Below are positions 40,248-49,976 of a stretch of 64,000 nt of DNA, piece after piece (within the stretch, counting starts at the first letter, position 1; each line of letters starts with the position of its first letter). This DNA is from Caldisericia bacterium. GTDB taxonomy: Bacteria; Caldisericota; Caldisericia; JAAYUI01. The notes beneath the pieces are model-generated. The model did not search any database. It was not told the origin of the DNA and was given only the letters and a program-made list of their open reading frames with translations. The translations under genes were made by a program, and so were the position numbers. The stretch spans positions 1,696,001-1,760,000 of the forward strand of contig OY771555.1 of the NCBI GenBank assembly GCA_963674785.1. Reading direction: 5' to 3'.

Positions 40248-41753
40248 TTAGAGTATGCCTACAATTGAATTTGCAATCATAGAAAGGATTGGAGCTGGAT
40301 AGAGTCCAATAAAGAACACAAATGCAAATGGAGGAAGTGCTGCTATGAATTCAAGGAATGTTGCATCTTTAACTGTTTCAAATTTTTCCTGTGCTTTACC
40401 AAACATGACTCTCTGCATCATCCAAAGCATTACGCCGGCATTAACAACAAGACCAGCGATAGATGCCCATGCCCACCAGGAAACTGCACTAAACGCAGCC
40501 TGAAGTGAGAGGAATTCACCAACAAATCCTGAAAGAGCTGGAAGTCCAATTGAGGCAAATGATGCGATGATAAGCATGATTGCAATTACTGGAATCTTTC
40601 CTCCCATACCTGGAAGCTCAGAGATTTCTCTTGTATGAGTTCTTTCGTAGATATATCCAACCAAAAGGAAGAGTAGTCCAGTTGTGACACCGTGACTAAA
40701 CATTACAACGATTGCACCCTGAAGTGCAATTGCAGAACCTGTAATCATGTATGCACCGATTGCAAGAAGGACAAATCCCATATGGTTAACAGATGTGTAA
40801 GCAACAAGTTTTTTGAGGTCTTTTTGGACAAGCGCACAAAGAGCTCCATAAACAATTCCTATTACACCGAGCACACCAATAACAGGCCCCCAGAAGGCAA
40901 AAACACCATCCATGTTCTTGAAGATTCCAACACCAAGTCTGATGATTCCATAACCACCCATCTTAAGAAGAACACCGGCAAGCATGATTGAGATTGGCGC
41001 TGGAGCTTGAACGTGAGCATCTGGTAACCAGGTATGGAACGGGAATGATGGAACTTTTACAAGGAATCCAAATAACATTGCACCAAAGACCGGAAGAGCA
41101 AGAGTTCCAAGGCTAACTATTAGATTCGCATTGTTTGTGAGTTCAACAATTGAGAATGTCCCAGTTTTGAAATATATTGCCAGGATTCCAATAAGCATTA
41201 TCAGTGATGCAATAAGTGTATAGATGAAGAATTTGATTGATGCGTATTGTCTCTGTTTTCCTCCCCAAATTGCTATGAGGAAATACATTGGAACCAATAC
41301 TACTTCCCAGAACACATAGAACAAAACAAGGTCAAGAGCAAGGAAAACACCAATAAGTCCGGTTTCAAGAAGAAGGAATAATGAGAAGTATTCTTTTACA
41401 CGGTCTTTGATGTAGAATGATGCGAAACATGCAGTGACTGAAAGGAGAGTTGTGAGGAAGAGCATAAGCATCGACATTCCATCAATTCCGAGGTGGTAAT
41501 TCATTCCGATTGAAGGTACCCATTCAATTATGTGTTCTAATTGAAATGCCATTAATGGAGCTTCTACAGTACCAATTTTAAACAGCGACCAGATATAGAT
41601 TGATAATCCAAGGGTAAGTAGTGTTATGACAACAGAAAACCACCTGATCAGCTTGTGGTTGTCTTTTGGAAGCAAAAGAACAAGCAATGAACCCAATAGA
41701 GGCAGGAAAGTAACCGCCGATAATAGTATTCCAGAATTGAAATTCATATTCAA
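40248..41753 (-). CDS. nuoM: Complex I subunit M
   Basis: FYVFWE, VKVP.FPFHTWLPDAHVQAP, LLKMG.YG and SGFVGEF motifs. Confidence 0.96.
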   Translation of the reverse strand: MNMNFNSGILLSAVTFLPLLGSLLVLLLPKDNHKLIRWFSVVITLLTLGLSIYIWSLFKIGTVEAPLMAFQLEHIIEWVPSIGMNYHLGIDGMSMLMLFLTTLLSVTACFASFYIKDRVKEYFSLFLLLETGLIGVFLALDLVLFYVFWEVVLVPMYFLIAIWGGKQRQYASIKFFIYTLIASLIMLIGILAIYFKTGTFSIVELTNNANLIVSLGTLALPVFGAMLFGFLVKVPSFPFHTWLPDAHVQAPAPISIMLAGVLLKMGGYGIIRLGVGIFKNMDGVFAFWGPVIGVLGVIGIVYGALCALVQKDLKKLVAYTSVNHMGFVLLAIGAYMITGSAIALQGAIVVMFSHGVTTGLLFLLVGYIYERTHTREISELPGMGGKIPVIAIMLIIASFASIGLPALSGFVGEFLSLQAAFSAVSWWAWASIAGLVVNAGVMLWMMQRVMFGKAQEKFETVKDATFLEFIAALPPFAFVFFIGLYPAPILSMIANSIVGIL

Positions 41754-41759
41754 ATCCTC

Positions 41760-43886
41760 CTAATTAATTGCAAGGATAATTGCAAAAACAAGTAGTATAA
41801 CAACAAGTGAACCAAACATCACTGCTGCATAATTTGGCAGATACCCAGTTTGAATTTTTCGAGTCTTTTTTCCAGCAAACCCAAAAATCCAGGCAGAACC
41901 ATTTACAAACCCATCAACAACTTTTTCATCAAACCATTTGGCAATTTTGCTGAGTTTGACGCCAAGCCAGCCAACACCATTAACCATTCCATCAACGATG
42001 TGAGAATCAAACCAGTTAACAAGTTTGGCAAACTGAAGTGTTAACCATGCTGCACCGTTTACCATTCCATCAATTACGACAGCATCAAATCTGCTACAGA
42101 ATCCTGCGAACCATAGGAATGGTTTGACAGCAATGAGTGTCCATAGCTCATCCATGAACCAAGCTCTCTTGAAGAATATATAGAGCGGTTTGAGAGCTCT
42201 CATGAGTTTTACTTTTAGCTGAGGTTTCCAAACATAAACAAGTAAACCAACAAGGATTCCAGCAAAAACAAGTCCAATTGAACCAAAGAGAAGTGGTTTG
42301 TTCATTATTCCCCAGGTTTCATAGTGCTCTAGAATATGATGACTCATCTCATGGGTCATATAGCCTTTGCCAAGGAATTTTTGGAACCAGTTTGATGATA
42401 GACCCCAGAATGGAACACCGATGAAACCAATAAGTGCTGCCAAAGATCCAAGCACAATAAGAGGAACCCTCGATCTCCATGATCCTTCATGAGCATGGTT
42501 TTCTTTTCTTGGTTTTCCAAAAAATGTGAGCCAAACACATCTTGTCATGTAATATGGGGTTAGGAAGGCACCAATCAATGCTAGTATTAGAGCAATCCAA
42601 GCCGCTTGATGATGATGTGCTGAATGGAAAACTGCACCTATTATTGCATCTTTGCTCCAGAATCCAGCAAAAAGTGGGAACCCCGCAAGTGCAAGTGAAC
42701 CAATCACAAACGTCCAACCCGTAACGGGCATCTTTTTGATGAGTCCACCCATCTCATGCATATTTTTTGTATGTGTTGCGTGAATTACTGAACCTGAACC
42801 AAGGAACAATAACCCCTTAAAGAATGCGTGTGTCATAAGATGGAAGAGTGCTGCGACAAATCCAATAAGTGCGAATTGTGGTTCACCATGGTGGATTCCA
42901 CCAAAAACTGCACCAAGTCCCATAACCATATATCCAAGCTGGCTTATGGTTGAAAATGCGAGAACTTTTTTTATCTCCGCTTGCACGGTGGCAATTGTCG
43001 CCCCCATGAAAGCGGTTATCGCTCCTATCATCATAACAATGGTTAGAGCTGTTCCAGTCGTGTCCAGCATGAAAATTGGCATTGTTCTTGCTACAAGGTA
43101 GATACCTGCGGCAACCATTGTCGCTGCGTGAATGAGTGCAGAAACCGGAGTTGGGCCTTCCATCGCATTTGGGAGCCAAACATGGAGTGGGAATTGTGCT
43201 GATTTACCCATTGCACCGGCAAAGATAAGAAGAGGGATAACAATCAGCATAGTTTGGCTATATCCGGCAAGTTTTCCTGGTAAGTCGATAAAATTCAGGT
43301 TCCCTGTTACCGCAAAGATTGCAAATATTCCGAGGAATAAAAATACATCCCCGACTTTTGTTACAAAGAAAGCTTTTTTTGCTGCCTGGTAGACAGAACG
43401 TTCTGCAAACCAGAAACCAATGAGCAGATATGAACAAAGTCCAACAAGCTCCCAGAATGCAAACATCTGGAGAAGGTTTGAGGCAGTAACAACACCAAGC
43501 ATGGCAACAGTAAAGAGCTGAAGTTCTGCGTAGTATCTTGCAATTCCAGGATCACCCTTCATGTAGTCAATTGAGAAGAGGTGGACAAGGAACGAAACAA
43601 GGGATACCACGATCAGCATAATTACTGAAAGAGAATCAATATGGAACCCGAAATCAAGTGAATATTTTCCACTTTCAAGCCACTTGAAAGTTACAGGATC
43701 AAAAGAGCTTCCATGATTGGCAACAAGAATGAAAAGTACAATAGAAAGAATCAGTGAGATTCCAACTGTTATTGTACCGAGATATTTTGCCCATCCTTTT
43801 GCAATCTTTCCACATAATCCGATTGTTATAAATCCGATAAGTGGAATTCCAAGTATTAAAATTGGTAATAATGTGTGTAATGCCAT
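41760..43886 (-). CDS. nuoL: Complex I subunit L with extended lateral helix
   Basis: WELVG.CSYLLIGFW, GKSAQFPLH.WLP.AMEGPTPVSALIHAATMV, HAFFK and QTG motifs; 708 aa. Confidence 0.97.
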   Translation of the reverse strand: MALHTLLPILILGIPLIGFITIGLCGKIAKGWAKYLGTITVGISLILSIVLFILVANHGSSFDPVTFKWLESGKYSLDFGFHIDSLSVIMLIVVSLVSFLVHLFSIDYMKGDPGIARYYAELQLFTVAMLGVVTASNLLQMFAFWELVGLCSYLLIGFWFAERSVYQAAKKAFFVTKVGDVFLFLGIFAIFAVTGNLNFIDLPGKLAGYSQTMLIVIPLLIFAGAMGKSAQFPLHVWLPNAMEGPTPVSALIHAATMVAAGIYLVARTMPIFMLDTTGTALTIVMMIGAITAFMGATIATVQAEIKKVLAFSTISQLGYMVMGLGAVFGGIHHGEPQFALIGFVAALFHLMTHAFFKGLLFLGSGSVIHATHTKNMHEMGGLIKKMPVTGWTFVIGSLALAGFPLFAGFWSKDAIIGAVFHSAHHHQAAWIALILALIGAFLTPYYMTRCVWLTFFGKPRKENHAHEGSWRSRVPLIVLGSLAALIGFIGVPFWGLSSNWFQKFLGKGYMTHEMSHHILEHYETWGIMNKPLLFGSIGLVFAGILVGLLVYVWKPQLKVKLMRALKPLYIFFKRAWFMDELWTLIAVKPFLWFAGFCSRFDAVVIDGMVNGAAWLTLQFAKLVNWFDSHIVDGMVNGVGWLGVKLSKIAKWFDEKVVDGFVNGSAWIFGFAGKKTRKIQTGYLPNYAAVMFGSLVVILLVFAIILAIN
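41856..42089 (-). repeat. Three tandem 78-nt (26-aa) repeats in the NuoL amphipathic helix
   Basis: FDAVVIDGMVNGAAWLTLQFAKLVNW / FDSHIVDGMVNGVGWLGVKLSKIAKW / FDEKVVDGFVNGSAWIFGFAGKKTRK; Phe codons begin at 42089, 42011 and 41933. Confidence 0.93.
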
Positions 43887-43894
43887 TTATCCAC

Positions 43895-44191
43895 CTACCA
43901 CTTTAGAAGATTGAACTTCTCAAGGGTAATCCAACCCTTGGCACGATACATTGCTACAATTGCAGCAAGTCCAATAATTGTCTCGGCAGCAGCAACAGCA
44001 ACAGCAAAGATGACCATTGTATGAGCGACACCTGGATCAGGGATTGAGTATGCAGTCGCAAGGAATGTGAGGTTTGCGCCATTGAGCATCAGTTCAATAC
44101 ACATCAGTATTCGAATTGCATTTCTGAGACTGAGTGCACCAATTACCCCAATACAGAAGAGGGCAGCACCCACAAAGAATAAGAAATTCAT
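43895..44191 (-). CDS. nuoK: Complex I subunit K
   Basis: LMCIELMLN and AAAE..IGLA motifs. Confidence 0.95.
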   Translation of the reverse strand: MNFLFFVGAALFCIGVIGALSLRNAIRILMCIELMLNGANLTFLATAYSIPDPGVAHTMVIFAVAVAAAETIIGLAAIVAMYRAKGWITLEKFNLLKW

Positions 44192-44763
44192 ACCTCATCC
44201 TCCTTTTTCTTAGCCATTTCAATTCCACCAATAAGAGCTGCAAGGATCATGATTGATGTCATCTCAACCGGGATTGCATATGGAGTACTTTCTCCTTCTT
44301 TGCCGAACATTACTCTGCTAATTGATTCAATAGATGGTTCAGGATTAACCAATTTTGATGGATGGATACCAGTAGGTAGTCTTCCAGCGACACTTGGATC
44401 TGTTGTAGTCTGAGTTGCAGTTTGTAGGAAGAAGAAGGCAATTGTAAGAAACATTGTCACACCAACTGCGACACCAACTCCAACCTGTCTATGAATATGA
44501 AGAAGCTGGCTACCCTTTTTATCCCTTGTGAACATGATTGCAAAAAGGATAAGGATTGAGATAGCCCCGACATAGATTGCAACCTGGGCAGCGGCAATAA
44601 AGTCAGCGTGTATCGAGATATATATGACCGCAATTGATAAGAGACACGCAATCAATGCCATGATCGCATGAACAATGTTTTTCAGGAAGATTGAGAGAAA
44701 GGCAAAAATGATTACAGGTGCAGAGGCGATGAAGAATATTAATCTTGACTCAATAAATCCCAT
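44188..44763 (-). CDS. nuoJ: Complex I subunit J
   Basis: QVAIYVGAI.IL.LFAIM and PVE.TS..L.ALIG motifs. Confidence 0.94.
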   Translation of the reverse strand: MGFIESRLIFFIASAPVIIFAFLSIFLKNIVHAIMALIACLLSIAVIYISIHADFIAAAQVAIYVGAISILILFAIMFTRDKKGSQLLHIHRQVGVGVAVGVTMFLTIAFFFLQTATQTTTDPSVAGRLPTGIHPSKLVNPEPSIESISRVMFGKEGESTPYAIPVEMTSIMILAALIGGIEMAKKKEDEV

Positions 44764-45179
44764 TACACTTCACCTCCAGGCTGATTTGAAAGATCATCTA
44801 TGTTGTAAATCATGCCCTCTCTGGAAAATGATGCAAGTTCGTAAAAATTCCCAGCATGAAGTGCATCAAAAGGACAAACCTCAACACATATCCCGCAGAA
44901 CATGCATTGCTGAATCTTTACGGTGTATTCCTCAGGGTAAAATTTTCCTTCATCATTTTTTGCTTTTTTGATTTCTATCGCATGAACCGGACAGTTTCTG
45001 GCACAGATTCCACATGCTGTGCATTTCAACTTTCCGTTTTCATCAGAAACCAACCTCATGAGTCCAAAAAATCTTGGATTCATCGGTTGTTTCTTCTTTG
45101 GATACCTGAGAGTGAGCTTTTTCCTGAAAAGATGCTTCAGGGTAAGAAGTAGAGATAGTACAATTCCTTTTCCTGTCAT
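44763..45179 (-). CDS. nuoI: Complex I subunit I (2x[4Fe-4S])
   Basis: CTACGICARNCP and CMFCGICVEVCP motifs; start taken at 45179. Confidence 0.95.
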   Translation of the reverse strand: MTGKGIVLSLLLTLKHLFRKKLTLRYPKKKQPMNPRFFGLMRLVSDENGKLKCTACGICARNCPVHAIEIKKAKNDEGKFYPEEYTVKIQQCMFCGICVEVCPFDALHAGNFYELASFSREGMIYNIDDLSNQPGGEV

Positions 45180-45186
45180 ATCACCC

Positions 45187-46242
45187 TCACATTCCTGCCA
45201 AAGCATACTTGAATATCTCAAGTATGTGTGGATTTAGAACAATAAATGCGGTATACAACATATTTGCAACGGATAGTGGGAGTAAGAATTTCCATGCAAC
45301 ATCCATAAGCTGATCGGCTCTAATTCGAGGAAGCGACCTGGATACCCAGATTATCAGAACAACAATCGAACATGATTTTAGAATAAACCAGAGTGCTGGT
45401 GTTATATGTGGTCCAAGGCAAGTACCAAGAATACCGGGCATATATCCACCACCAAGGTATAATGCTGTTACCAATGCACCTGTAACAAATAAGTATGTAT
45501 ACTCTGCGAAGAAGAAGAATACGAACCTGATACCCGCAAACTCAACATTGTATCCAGCTACGAGCTCCGACTCACCTTCTGCAAGGTCAAATGGAATTCT
45601 GAAAACTTCAGCAAGTGATGCAATAAAGAATATTGCAAACCCTAAAAACTGGGGAATTATAAACCAAATCTTTTGAACTCCACCGATGATGCTTATGTTC
45701 ATTGAACCAGCCATCATAACAACACAAAGCATTGCAATTGTTTTAGGGACTTCATAACTTATTTCCTGAGCTGCCGATCTTACTGCTCCAAGAAGAGAAA
45801 ACTTGTTTCCAGATGACCATCCACCAACAAGAATACCGATAACACTAATGGACATAATCGCAGAAATCATAAGGATTCCAACGGATGAATTCGATGGAAC
45901 AAGCGGAGTTACAACTGCTTTTCCCGCAACATGTGTTACCGAAGTTGCAATAGGTATCAAAGCAAACACAATAAACGCAGGCACAAAAGTTATGAGTGGA
46001 GTGTAGGTATAAAGGAATTTGTCTGCCAGTTTTGGCATGACATCACCTTTACCAAGTAGCTTAACAGCATCTGCAAGTGGCTGGAACAATCCCCACGGTC
46101 CAACTTCCATTGGTCCAAGTCTCTGTTGAATCCAACCTAAAAACTTTCTTTCTACAAGAGTGAACGCAAGAGCGATGACCATAACAAACATGAACATCCC
46201 AATAGCAATTCCTGTTACAATCAATATATTCAATATGTTCAT
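45187..46242 (-). CDS. nuoH: Complex I subunit H
   Basis: ERK..G.IQ.R.GP, QP.ADAVKL, ISYE and PFDL.EGESELV.G motifs. Confidence 0.96.
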   Translation of the reverse strand: MNILNILIVTGIAIGMFMFVMVIALAFTLVERKFLGWIQQRLGPMEVGPWGLFQPLADAVKLLGKGDVMPKLADKFLYTYTPLITFVPAFIVFALIPIATSVTHVAGKAVVTPLVPSNSSVGILMISAIMSISVIGILVGGWSSGNKFSLLGAVRSAAQEISYEVPKTIAMLCVVMMAGSMNISIIGGVQKIWFIIPQFLGFAIFFIASLAEVFRIPFDLAEGESELVAGYNVEFAGIRFVFFFFAEYTYLFVTGALVTALYLGGGYMPGILGTCLGPHITPALWFILKSCSIVVLIIWVSRSLPRIRADQLMDVAWKFLLPLSVANMLYTAFIVLNPHILEIFKYALAGM

Positions 46243-46246
46243 TCGA

Positions 46247-47356
46247 TCACCTGTCTGCCTCGCCCATTGTTGGCGCAATAGAAGCAAAAGTTGCAATAAC
46301 ATCAGGGATCTGAATTCCCTTGATGATATCCGGGACTACTCGAATGTTGCTGAAGCTAGGAGCACGGATCTTCAATCGATATGGATTTGTTGACCCATCT
46401 GAAACAAGATACACTCCGAGCTCACCAATTGGGGCTTCGACTCTTGTGTAAACTTCACCCTTTGGAGGTTTTATTACTTTTGGAACTTTAGCCATGATGT
46501 CACCATCAGGCAGTTTTGAAAGGATTTGCTCAACAATATGAATGGACTGATATATCTCGTCATATCGAACCATATATCTTGAGAGGGTATCACCTTCGTT
46601 TCTTGTTATAACCTTGAACTCAAGTTTATCGTAAACTGAATAAGGTTCATCCATTCGAAGATCTCTTGCTACACCCGAACCCCTTAGAACTGGCCCCGAA
46701 CAACCATACTCAACTGCAAGGTCAGCAGGCAAAACACCGATTCCTTTTGTTCTTGCAAGGAATATCTCGTTTTTCTGCATCAAGTCACCATATTCTGGCA
46801 TCCTGTCTTTGAGATAATGGATAAATCTATCAATATCTGACAAAAATCCCTCAGGGATATCAGTTTTGACGCCACCGAACCTCATCCAGTTAAAAGTCAT
46901 TCTAGAACCTGAAACTGCAACAAAGAACTCAAGGAGATATTCTCGTTCACGAAGAGCGTATGTCATTGGGGTCATTGAAGCGAGATCGAGTCCCTGTGCA
47001 CCGATGTTTACAAGATGGGCTGCGATTCGATTGAGCTCCATCATAAGAACTCTCAGGTATTCTGCTCTTTCTGGGACTTCAATTCCCATGAGTTTCTCGA
47101 CTGCTGCAACATATGGATATTCATTCAAAAAACCAGCCAAGTAATCAAGCCTATCCATGTATGGGATAAACTGGAAATATGTGAGATTCTCGGCTATCTT
47201 TTCGATTCCTCTGTGAAGATATCCAAAAACGGGAGTACTGTTTACGACAACCTCACCATCTAATTCGGTTTTTAATCGGAAAACACCGTGAGTCGCCGGA
47301 TGGTGTGGACCGATATTCAGTTTCAATGTGTCTGTACAAATAGTCTGTTCGCTCAC
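46247..47356 (-). CDS. nuoD: Complex I subunit D
   Basis: GP.HP.THG, GYLHRGIEK, DRLDY and GE.DR motifs; no Ni-binding CxxC pairs. Confidence 0.95.
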   Translation of the reverse strand: MSEQTICTDTLKLNIGPHHPATHGVFRLKTELDGEVVVNSTPVFGYLHRGIEKIAENLTYFQFIPYMDRLDYLAGFLNEYPYVAAVEKLMGIEVPERAEYLRVLMMELNRIAAHLVNIGAQGLDLASMTPMTYALREREYLLEFFVAVSGSRMTFNWMRFGGVKTDIPEGFLSDIDRFIHYLKDRMPEYGDLMQKNEIFLARTKGIGVLPADLAVEYGCSGPVLRGSGVARDLRMDEPYSVYDKLEFKVITRNEGDTLSRYMVRYDEIYQSIHIVEQILSKLPDGDIMAKVPKVIKPPKGEVYTRVEAPIGELGVYLVSDGSTNPYRLKIRAPSFSNIRVVPDIIKGIQIPDVIATFASIAPTMGEADR

Positions 47357-47365
47357 ATCATCCTC

Positions 47366-47797
47366 CTAATCAGTTTCCTTGAACTCTTTCCTAAGAGGAA
47401 AATCTGTAAATCCCTCAGGAGTCAGTATTCTCTCAAGATTTGGATGATTGGTAAATTCAATTCCAAACATATCAAAGACTTCACGTTCAAGATAATCAGC
47501 AGCCATCCATGAAGGTGTTATACTTGGAATAACAGGATTTTCTTTAGAAACGAAAGAGTACACCCAAATCTTCTTTTTATGCTTCCAATCATCAAGGATA
47601 TAGACAACATCAAATCCATCATCTCTGCATTTTGCGGATAACATTGTTAAAAAAGAAAAGCCATTGTTTTTGAGAGCAAGGATTTTTTCAACAATCTGCT
47701 CTGGCTCAACGCGAATCATCAATTCAGTCTCAGAACCTTCGACGAGCTCGGTTTTTATGCCTGTTTTCTCAAAAATTAACTTACTAAGCTCTGACAT
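47366..47797 (-). CDS. nuoC: Complex I subunit C
   Basis: [17 protein letters not shown]...FPLRK motif. Confidence 0.95.
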   Translation of the reverse strand: MSELSKLIFEKTGIKTELVEGSETELMIRVEPEQIVEKILALKNNGFSFLTMLSAKCRDDGFDVVYILDDWKHKKKIWVYSFVSKENPVIPSITPSWMAADYLEREVFDMFGIEFTNHPNLERILTPEGFTDFPLRKEFKETD

Positions 47798-48305
47798 GAT
47801 TCCTCCCGAGATTTTTTCGAGTTTTCATTATCTTTTCTTCGAGTTGAAGCATGGCAAACTGCAAAGCCTCTGGTCTTGGTGGACACCCAGGAATATACAC
47901 ATCAACCGGGATAATCTTGTCAACACCCTTTACAACAGAGTAACTATCAACAAAAGGGCCACCAGAACATGCACAAGCACCCATAGCAAGCACCCATTTT
48001 GGATTTGGAATCTGTTCATAAAGGAGCTGTGTGGGTTCAGCCATCTTCTTGGTAATAGTACCGGCAACAATCATGACATCACACTGTCTTGGTGTGGGTC
48101 TGAAAAAGCTTCCTAGCCTATCGAAATCATATCTTGGCATCCATGATTGAATCATCTCAAATGCGCAACACGCAGTTGCAAAGGTGAGAGGCCAAAGTGA
48201 ATTCTTTCGCCCCCAAGCAAGCAACCAATCAACGCTTGTGAGAAAAACTGCACCTTTGCCATCGGATAATACAGGATCAAGAGTTCTTGATTCTTTTAAT
48301 CCCAT
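47784..48305 (-). CDS. nuoB: Complex I subunit B
   Basis: [20 protein letters not shown] and PGCPPRPE motifs. Confidence 0.96.
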   Translation of the reverse strand: MGLKESRTLDPVLSDGKGAVFLTSVDWLLAWGRKNSLWPLTFATACCAFEMIQSWMPRYDFDRLGSFFRPTPRQCDVMIVAGTITKKMAEPTQLLYEQIPNPKWVLAMGACACSGGPFVDSYSVVKGVDKIIPVDVYIPGCPPRPEALQFAMLQLEEKIMKTRKNLGRNHVRA

Positions 48306-48661
48306 TTCAAAAGACCCCTTCCCCATGCGTACAACCATCCAACAAGGATGATCCCAATGAACAAAAAGACCTCAAAAAATGCATATAAACCAAGCACATT
48401 CGCCTTAACTGCCCATGGATAGAGAAATATTGCTTCAACATCAAATGCTACAAAAATAAGCAAGAATGTAAGATATCTGACGTTGAATTTTACATCGGCA
48501 TCTTTCTCCGGATACATTCCGCACTCGTACGGAGTCAAAGCTTTCTCACCTTTGATCCTCTTTGGTCTAAGAAGGAACGAAAGGAAGTACGCAACAAGAC
48601 CAAAACCGATGCCAACTAGTACAAAAATCCCTATGTTTACATAGTTATTTAGATATTCCAT
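48296..48661 (-). CDS. nuoA: Complex I subunit A
   Basis: PYECG, FDVEA.FLYPWA and G.LKW motifs. Confidence 0.96.
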   Translation of the reverse strand: MEYLNNYVNIGIFVLVGIGFGLVAYFLSFLLRPKRIKGEKALTPYECGMYPEKDADVKFNVRYLTFLLIFVAFDVEAIFLYPWAVKANVLGLYAFFEVFLFIGIILVGWLYAWGRGLLKWD

Positions 48662-48707
48662 TAACCACCTCGTCTATAAATGTGGTACAAGCCTCGAACA
48701 AAACAAC

Positions 48708-48735
48708 ATTATAAAAAACAATGTGTTTTTTGCAA
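48708..48735 (-). promoter_or_regulatory. Putative promoter of the nuo-atp operon
   Basis: Minus strand TTGCAA-N16-TATAAT, followed by GAGGTGG Shine-Dalgarno before nuoA. Confidence 0.65.
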
Positions 48736-48788
48736 CCATCTGACAGAGTTTGACATTTTGGGTGCAAAAAAGTTACAGCTTTAGCTCC

Positions 48789-49901
48789 TCACAAAACTCC
48801 AACAATCTCTTCAATTGTTAATTCTCTTGTGAGTTTTCCTCTCGCAATTTTCTCGTTTCCTCCACCTTTTCCACCTAGGCTTTCAGTTATCGATTTAAGA
48901 ATCTCTTTTGCAGAAATCCGATTTGAAGAAACAGAAATAGAGGTATCTGCAACAACTATTCCGATATCGTATTTTTCTAAAAGTGCTGATAAAACCTTAC
49001 CTTGTACGTCATTTGGGATTTTATCAACTATTAATCCAGTTTTAAAACTGTTATGGTCAACTACCTCACAGTTTTCAGTGATGAACGGAATCATTTTTAT
49101 CCAAAGAGCATTTAACTCCCTGTTCTTTTCTTTTGTATCTATGATCATCTGGCTTAGTTTCTTTAAAAGCTCCGAATTGCTGCAGCTTGTTTGCTTGCGG
49201 AGCTCCCTTAAGACATCTGTTTCACTTTGCGAATACTCAACAGCATCAAATCCTGTTACATACGTAATTCTTGAGCCAGTTCTTTTCTTTTCAATAGAGA
49301 TTATTTTTATGAAACCAATGTTTCCGGTTTTTGATACATGTGCCCCACAACATGCAGAGGAGTCGATATCTTCAATGGACACGACTCTTATGTCATCAGG
49401 ATTCATGCCCTCTAAAACATCATGAAACCGAGTTTCTCCTTCTCCATAAGATGTGTTAACAGAGAAATCATCCATCACGACTTGATTCGAAAGAAGTTCA
49501 ATCTTATTGATTGTTTCCCAGCAAACCTCTTTATCAAACTCAATCGTTGAGGTGTCACCGATATGGACACCAACAGTTTTTAGATCAAACTCTTTTTCTG
49601 CTATCCCGGAAATGATATGTTGTGCAGTGTGGTATCTACTCGTAAAGAGTCGATGTTTCTTATCGACTTTCACAGAATACTTTCCACTTGATATATCTTT
49701 TGATAATGATAATACGATTTTTCCATCTACAACAACTACAGATTCAACAACCACTTCACCGACCATTCCCTTGTCTGCGGGTTGTCCACCCTCCTCAGGA
49801 TGAAAGATATTTGGAGAGATTGTAATCCTCTTATCATCAATCTTTGTTACCTCAACTTCGACATTATAAATCTCTGGTGATTCCCAATATTCTCTTCTCA
49901 T
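48789..49901 (-). CDS. Alanyl-tRNA editing protein AlaX with DHHA1 domain
   Basis: GGQP.D.G, HTAQH, C.G.HV zinc motifs and GGKGGG; ATG at 49901. Confidence 0.88.
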   Translation of the reverse strand: MRREYWESPEIYNVEVEVTKIDDKRITISPNIFHPEEGGQPADKGMVGEVVVESVVVVDGKIVLSLSKDISSGKYSVKVDKKHRLFTSRYHTAQHIISGIAEKEFDLKTVGVHIGDTSTIEFDKEVCWETINKIELLSNQVVMDDFSVNTSYGEGETRFHDVLEGMNPDDIRVVSIEDIDSSACCGAHVSKTGNIGFIKIISIEKKRTGSRITYVTGFDAVEYSQSETDVLRELRKQTSCSNSELLKKLSQMIIDTKEKNRELNALWIKMIPFITENCEVVDHNSFKTGLIVDKIPNDVQGKVLSALLEKYDIGIVVADTSISVSSNRISAKEILKSITESLGGKGGGNEKIARGKLTRELTIEEIVGVL

Positions 49902-49976
49902 GAGGTTGATGATAACAAAAAAATCACATGAATTCCAACTATTGAATTTTGATTTTTCTTCATAAGAATTATCCAC

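Noticed and set aside
46247-48305. Possible group 4 [NiFe]-hydrogenase (Ech/Mbh) instead of complex I
   Set aside because: The large subunit lacks both CxxC Ni-binding motifs, NuoB has the tandem CC, and nuoA is present
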